Shown one piece after another: positions 57,901-64,000 of a stretch of DNA of 64,000 nucleotides (its first letter is position 1; each line of letters begins with the position of its first letter). Under the pieces are notes generated by a model, which saw only the letters and a list, made by a program, of their open reading frames with translations, ran no database searches and was not told the origin of the DNA. The position numbers were made by a program, and so were the translations under genes. Source of the DNA: Eledone cirrhosa. Its lineage: Eukaryota. The stretch spans positions 342,426,001-342,490,000 of the forward strand of contig OZ024742.1 in NCBI GenBank assembly GCA_964016885.1. Direction: 5' to 3'.

Positions 57901-60900
57901 CAGTGGTATGAAGTATGTCAGCTCTAGTGGTATGAAGTATGTGATCTACAATGGTATGAAGTATGTCAGCTCCAGTGGTATGAAGTATGTGATCTACAGT
58001 GGTATGAAGTATGTGATCTCCTGTGTTATGAAATATGTGATCTACAGTGGTATGAAGTATGTGATCTACAGTGGTATGAAGTATGTGATATCCTCTGGTA
58101 TGAAGTATGTGATGTACAGTGGTATGTAGTATGTCAGCTCCAGTGGTATGAAGTATGTGATCTCCAGTGGTATGAAGTATGTGATCTACAGTGTTATGAA
58201 GTATGTAATCTCCAGTGGTATGAAGTATGTGATCTACAGTGGTATGAAGTATGTGATCTACAGTGGTATGAAGCATGTGATATCCTGTGGTATGAAGTAT
58301 GTGATCTCCAGTGGTATGAAGTATGTGATCTCCAGTGGTATGAAGTATGTGATATCCTGTGGTATGAAGTATGTGATCTACAGTGGTATGAAGTATGTGA
58401 TCTACAGTGGTATGAAGTATGTGATCTCCAGTGGTATGAAGTATGTGATCTCCTGTGGTATGAAGTATGTGATCTACAGTGGTATGAAGTATGTGATCTC
58501 CAGTGGTATGAAGTATGTGATCTCCTGTGGTATGAAGTATGTGGTCTACAGTGGTATGAAGTATGTCAGCTCCAGTGGTATGAAGTATGTGATCTACAGT
58601 GGTATGAAGTATGTGATCTCCAGTGGTATGAAGTATGTCAGCTCCAGTGGTATGAAGTATGTCAGCTCCAGTGGTATGAAGTATGTGATCTACAGTGGTA
58701 TGAAGTATGTGATCTCCAGTGGTATGAAGTATGTGATCTCCAGTGGTATGAAATATGTGATCTACAGTGGTATGAAGTATGTGATCTACAGTGGTATGAA
58801 GTATGTGATCTACCGTGGTATGAAGTATGTGATCTCCAGTGGTATGAAAGTATGTGATCTTCAGTGGTATGAAGTATGTGATCTACAGTGGTATGAAGTA
58901 TGTGATCTACAGTGATATGAAGTATGTGATCTACAGTGGTATGAAGTATGTGATATCCTGTGGTATGAAGTATGTGATCTCCATTGTTATGAAGTATGTG
59001 ATCTCCAGTGGTATGAAGTATGTGATCTCCAGTGGTATGAAGTATGTGATCTACAGTGGTATGAAGTATGTGATCTACAGTGGTATGAAGTATGTGATAT
59101 CCTGTGGTATGAAGTATGTGATCTCCATTGGTATGAAGTATGTGATCTCCAGTGGTATGAAGTATGTGATCTCCAGTGGTATGAAGTATGTGATATCCTG
59201 TGGTATGAAGTATGTGATCTACAGTGGTATGAAGTATGTGATCTCCTGTGGTATGAAGAATGTGATCTACAGTGGTATGAAGTATGTGATCTCCAGTGCT
59301 ATGAAGTATGTGATCTACAGTGGTATGAAGTATGTCAGCTCCAGTGGTAAGAAGTATGTGATCTCCAGTGGTATGCAGTATGTGATCTACAGTGGTATGA
59401 AGTATGTGATCTCCAGTGGTATGAAGTATGTGATCTACAGTGGTATGAAGTATGTGATCTACAGTGGTATGAAGTATGTGATATCCTGTGGTATGAAGTA
59501 TGTGATATCCTGTGGTATGAAGTATGTGATCTACAGTGGTATGAAGTATGTGATCTCCTGTGATATGAAGTATGTGATCTACAGTGGTATGAAGTATGTG
59601 ATCTACAGTGGTACGAATTATGTGATCTCCAGGGGTATGAAGTATGTGATCTACAGTGGTATGAAGTATGTGATCTCCAGTGGTATGAAGTATGTCAGCT
59701 CCAGTGGTATGAAGTATGTGATCTACAGTGGTATGATGTATGTGGTCTACAGTGGTATGATGTATGTGATATCCAGTGGTATGAAGTATGTGATCTCCAT
59801 TGGTATGAAGTATGTGATCTGCAGTGATATGAAGTATGTGATCTACAGTGGTATGAAGTATGTGATCTTCAGTGGTATGAAGTATGTGATCTCCAGTGGT
59901 ATGAAGTATGTGATCTACAGTGGTATGAAGTATGTGATCTACAGTGGTATGAAGTATGTGATCTCCAGTGGTATGAAGTATGTGATCTCCAGTGGTATGA
60001 AGTATGTGATCTACAGTGGTATGAAGTATGTGATCTACAGTGGTATGAAGTATGTGATCTCCAGTGGTATGAAGTATGTGATCTACAGTGGTATGAAGTA
60101 TGTGATCTACAGTGGTATGAAGTATGTGATCTCCAGTGGTATGAAGTATGTGATCTACAGTGGTATGAAGTATGTGATATCCTGTGGTATGAAGTATGTG
60201 ATCTACAGTGGTATGAAGTATGTGATCTCCAGTGGTATGAAGTATGTGATCTACAGTGGTATGAAGTATGTGATCTACAGTGGTATGAAGTATGTGATAT
60301 CCTGTGGTATGAAGTATGTGATCTCCATTGGTATGAAGTATGTGATCTCCAGTGGTATGAAGTATGTGATCTCCAGTGGTATGAAGTATGTGATCTACAG
60401 TGGTATGAAGTATGTGATCTACAGTGGTATGAAGTATGTGATCTACAGTGGTATGAATTATGTGATATCCTGTGGTATGAAGTATATGATCTCCATTGGT
60501 ATGAAGTATGTGATTTCCAGTGGTATGAAGTATGTGATCTACAGTGGTATGAAGTATGTGATCTCCAGTGGTATGAAGTATGTGATCTACAGTGATATGA
60601 GGTATGTGATCTACAGTGGTATGAAGTATGTGATCTCCTGTGATATGAAGTATGTGATCTACAGTGGTATGAAGTATGTGATCTACAGTGGTATGAAGTA
60701 TGTGATCTCCAGTGGTATGAAGTATGTGATCTACAGTGGTATGAAGTATGTGATCTACAGTGGTATGATGTATGTGATCTCCAGTGGTATGAAGTATGAG
60801 ATCTCCATTGGTATGAAGTATGTCAGCTCCAGTGGTATGAAGTATGTGATCTACAGTGGTATGAATATGTGATCTACAGTGGTATGAAGTATGTGAACTA

Positions 60901-63400
60901 CAGTGGTATGAAGTATGTGATCTACAGTGGTATGAAATATGTGATCTACAGTCGTATGAAGTATGTGATCTCCAGTGGTATGAAGTATGTGATCTCCAGT
61001 GGTATGAAGTATGTGATCTCCTGTGGTATGAAGTATGTGATCTCCTGTGGTATGAAGTATGTGATCTACAGTGGTATGAAGTATGTGATCTCCAGTGGTA
61101 TGAAGAATGTGATCTACAGTGGTATGAAGTATGTGATATCCTGTGGTATGAAGTATGTGATCTCCAGTGGTATGAAGTATGTGATCTCCTGTGGTATGAA
61201 GAATGTGATCTACAGTGGTATGAAGTATGTGATCTACAGTGGTATGAAGTATGTGATCTACAGTGGTATGAAGTATGTGATCTCCAGTGGTATGAAGTAT
61301 GTGATCTACAGTGGTATGCAGTATGTGATCTACAGTGGTATGAAGTATGTGATCTCCAGTGGTATGAAGTATGTGATCTACAGTGGTATGAAGTATGTGA
61401 TCTACAGTGGTATGAAGTATGTGATATCCTGTGGTATGAAGTATGTGATATCCTGTGGTATGAAGTATGTGATCTACAGTGGTATGAAGTATGTGATCTC
61501 CTGTGATATGAAGTATGTGATCTACAGTGGTATGAAGTATGTGATCTACAGTGGTATGAAGTATGTGATCTCCAGGGGTATGAAGTATGTGATCTACAGT
61601 GGTATGAAGTATGTGATCTACAGTGGTATGAAGTATGTGATCTACAGTGGTATGAATTATGTGATATCCTGTGGTATGAAGTATATGATCTCTATTGGTA
61701 TGAAGTATGTGATTTCCAGTGGTATGAAGTATGTGATCTACAGTGGTATGAAGTATGTGATCTCCAGTGGTATGAAGTATGTGATCTACAGTGATATGAG
61801 GTATGTGATCTACAGTGGTATGAAGTATGTGATCTCCTGTGATATGAAGTATGTGATCTACAGTGGTATGAAGTATGTGATCTACAGTGGTATGAAGTAT
61901 GTGATCTCCAGTGGTATGAAGTATGTGATCTACAGTGGTATGAAGTATGTGATCTACAGTGGTATGATGTATGTGATCTCCAGTGGTATGAAGTATGAGA
62001 TCTCCATTGGTATGAAGTATGTCAGCTCCAGTGGTATGAAGTATGTGATCTACAGTGGTATGAAGTATGTGATCTACAGTGGTATGAAGTATGTGATCTA
62101 CAGTGGTATGAAGTATGTGATCTACAGTGGTATGAAATATGTGATCTACAGTCGTATGAAGTATGTGATCTCCAGTGGTATGAAGTATGTGATCTCCAGT
62201 GGTATGAAGTATGTGATCTCCTGTGGTATGAAGTATGTGATCTCCTGTGGTATGAAGTATGTGATCTACAGTGGTATGAAGTATGTGATCTCCAGTGGTA
62301 TGAAGAATGTGATCTACAGTGGTATGAAGTATGTGATATCCTGTGGTATGAAGTATGTGATCTCCAGTGGTATGAAGTATGTGATCTCCTGTGGTATGAA
62401 AAATGTGATCTACAGTGGTATGAAGTATGTGATCTCGAGTGCTATGAAGTATGTGATCTACAGTGGTATGAAGTATGTCAGCTCCAGTGGTATGAAGTAT
62501 GTGATCTCCAGTGGTATGCAGTATGTGATCTACAGTGGTATGAAGTATGTGATCTACAGTGGTATGAAGTATGTGATCTCCAGGGGTATGAAGTATGTGA
62601 TCTACAGTGGTATGAAGTATGTGATCTCCAGTGGTATGAAGTATGTCAGCTCCAGTGGTATGAAGTATGTGATCTACAGTGGTATGATGTATGTGATCTA
62701 CAGTGGTATGATGTATGTGATATCCAGTGGTATGAAGTATGTGATCTCCATTGGTATGAAGTATGTGATCTGCAGTGATATGAAGTATGTGATCTACAGT
62801 GGTATGAAGTATGTGATCTTCAGTGGTATGAAGTATGTGATCTCCAGTGGTATGAAGTATGTGATCTACAGTGGTATGAAGTATGTGATCTACAGTGGTA
62901 TGAAGTATGTGATCTCCAGTGGTATGAAGTATGTGATCTCCAGTGGTATGAAGTATGTGATCTACAGTGGTATGAAGTATGTGATCTACAGTGGTATGAA
63001 GTATGTGATCTCCAGTGGTATGAAGTATGTGATCTACAGTGGTATGAAGTATGTGATCTACAGTGGTATGAAGTATGTGATCTCCAGTGGTATGAAGTAT
63101 GTGATCTCCAGTGGTATGAAGTATGTGATCTACAGTGATATGAAGTATGTGATATCCTGTGGTATGAAGTATGTGATCTACAGTGGTATGAAGTATGTGA
63201 TCTACAGTGGTATGAAGTATGTGATCTACAGTGGTATTTAAGTATGTGATCTCCAGTGGTATGAAGTATGTGATCTACAGTGGTATGAAGTATGTGATTT
63301 CCAGTGGTATGAAGTATGTGATCTACAGTGGTATGAAGTATGTGATCTTCAGTGGTATGAAGTATGTCAGCTCCAGTGGTATGAAGTATGTGATCTACAG
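57900..63400. repeat. Subfamily B domain with an approximately 1199-bp tandem duplication
   Basis: B markers dominate. GAGATC at 60798/61997 and GAATTATGTGATATCC near 60455/61654 are offset by 1199, i.e. 50 monomers minus the 1-bp deletion near 60865. Confidence 0.75.
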
Positions 63401-64000
63401 TGGTATGAAGTATGTGATCTAGAGTGGTATGATGTATTTGATATCCACTGGTATGAAGTATGTGATCTCCATTGGTATGAAGTATGTCAGCTCCAGTGGT
63501 ATGAAGTATGTGATCTCCAGTGGTATGAAGTATGTGATCTCCAGTGGTATGAAATATGTGATCTCCAGTGGTATGAAGTATGTGATATCCTGTGGTATGA
63601 AGTATGTGATCTACAGTGGTATGAAGTATGTGATCTCCAGTGGTATGAAGTATGTGATCTCCAGTGGTATGAAGTATGTGATCTCCAGTGGTATGAAGTA
63701 TGTGATCTACAGTGGTATGAAGTATGTGATATCCTGTGGTATGAAGTATGTGATCTCCAGTGGTATGAAGTATGTCAGCTCCACTGGTATGAAGTATGTG
63801 ATCTACAGTGGTATGAAGTATGTGATATCCTGTGGTATGAAGTATGTGATGTCCAGTGGTATGAAGTATGTGATCTCCAGTGGTATGAAGTATGTCAGCT
63901 CCAGTGGTATGAAGTATGTCAGCTCCAGTGGTATGAAGTATGTCAGCTCCTGTGGTATGAAGTATGTGATCTCCAGTGGTATGAAGTATGTCAGCTCCAG

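Larger units (their letters stand above)
1..64000. repeat. Tandem satellite array of a 24-bp monomer, consensus GGTATGAAGTATGTGATCT(C/A)CAGT, about 2,670 copies, single orientation, extends beyond both window ends
   Basis: The monomer is readable on every line. All ORF translations are 8-aa periodic. Main types are ...GTGATCTCCAGT, ...GTGATCTACAGT, ...GTGATATCCTGT (plus ...GTGATCTCCTGT) and ...GTCAGCTCCAGT. The TCC monomer is 7G/8T/6A/3C with no CpG. Confidence 0.99.

Noticed and set aside
16-58276. Minus-strand His-rich ORFs as genuine CDS
   Set aside because: Starts come from sporadic CAT variants and ends from the landmark frameshift. The low stop rate is expected from codon composition. 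Kept only as a low-interest finding.
82-63422. Plus-strand ORFs encoding (MKYVISSG)n, up to 1889 aa
   Set aside because: The frame is open simply because of the monomer sequence, with an ATG in every unit. Stop monomers (ATCTAA, ATGTAG, ATCTAG, AAGTAG) and frameshifts were copied repeatedly. There are no unique N- or C-terminal domains, and equally long ORFs overlap in other frames.
1-64000. CRISPR array (conserved part plus variable part)
   Set aside because: The variable part is only 8 nt with a few recurring states, not unique 25-45-nt spacers. No leader or cas genes are present and the repeat has no evident hairpin.
1-64000. Telomerase-synthesised telomere tract
   Set aside because: Exact kb-scale duplication of rare variant strings is not expected from template-directed addition. 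No known telomere motif was recognised and no terminus is visible.
1-64000. Dam-methylation or iteron-type regulatory array suggested by dense GATC
   Set aside because: No rep gene, origin features or bacterial context. The scale far exceeds iteron clusters and GATC is merely part of the monomer.
1-64000. Embedded transposon, inversion, tRNA/rRNA or unique island
   Set aside because: None seen on reading through. The monomer phase and orientation persist throughout, with only 1-3-bp indels.
1-64000. Pure sequencing or assembly artefact, or an encoded message in monomer order
   Set aside because: Hierarchically shared and copy-specific variants fit ordinary duplication history. Local copy-number errors remain possible, but nothing requires a coded function for monomer order.

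Overview
The whole 64-kb window is one uninterrupted head-to-tail tandem array of a 24-bp monomer, consensus GGTATGAAGTATGTGATCT(C/A)CAGT. That is about 2,670 copies by length/24, all in one orientation, and the array runs off both ends. I found no unique sequence, credible gene, RNA gene, transposon or CRISPR spacer. Every ORF in the track (MKYVISSG-, EVCDLQWY-, HILHTTGD-, LEITYFIP-type) arises because 24 is a multiple of 3 and the monomer lacks stops in 4-5 of the 6 frames. Repeated 2-bp frameshifts and stop-bearing monomers were amplified along with the array. The information lies in the order of variant monomers. Four main monomer types differ only in an 8-nt segment. Two interleaved subfamilies (A and B) carry different rare-variant markers. 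An 18-copy landmark cassette contains a 22-bp monomer. Duplications of variant strings nest at offsets from 264 bp to 40 kb. This fits a satellite or very large minisatellite, most plausibly eukaryotic, evolving by unequal exchange into irregular higher-order repeats. The organism and any function cannot be determined from the sequence. I do not see support for a new gene-encoded system here. Block boundaries were read by eye and are approximate.
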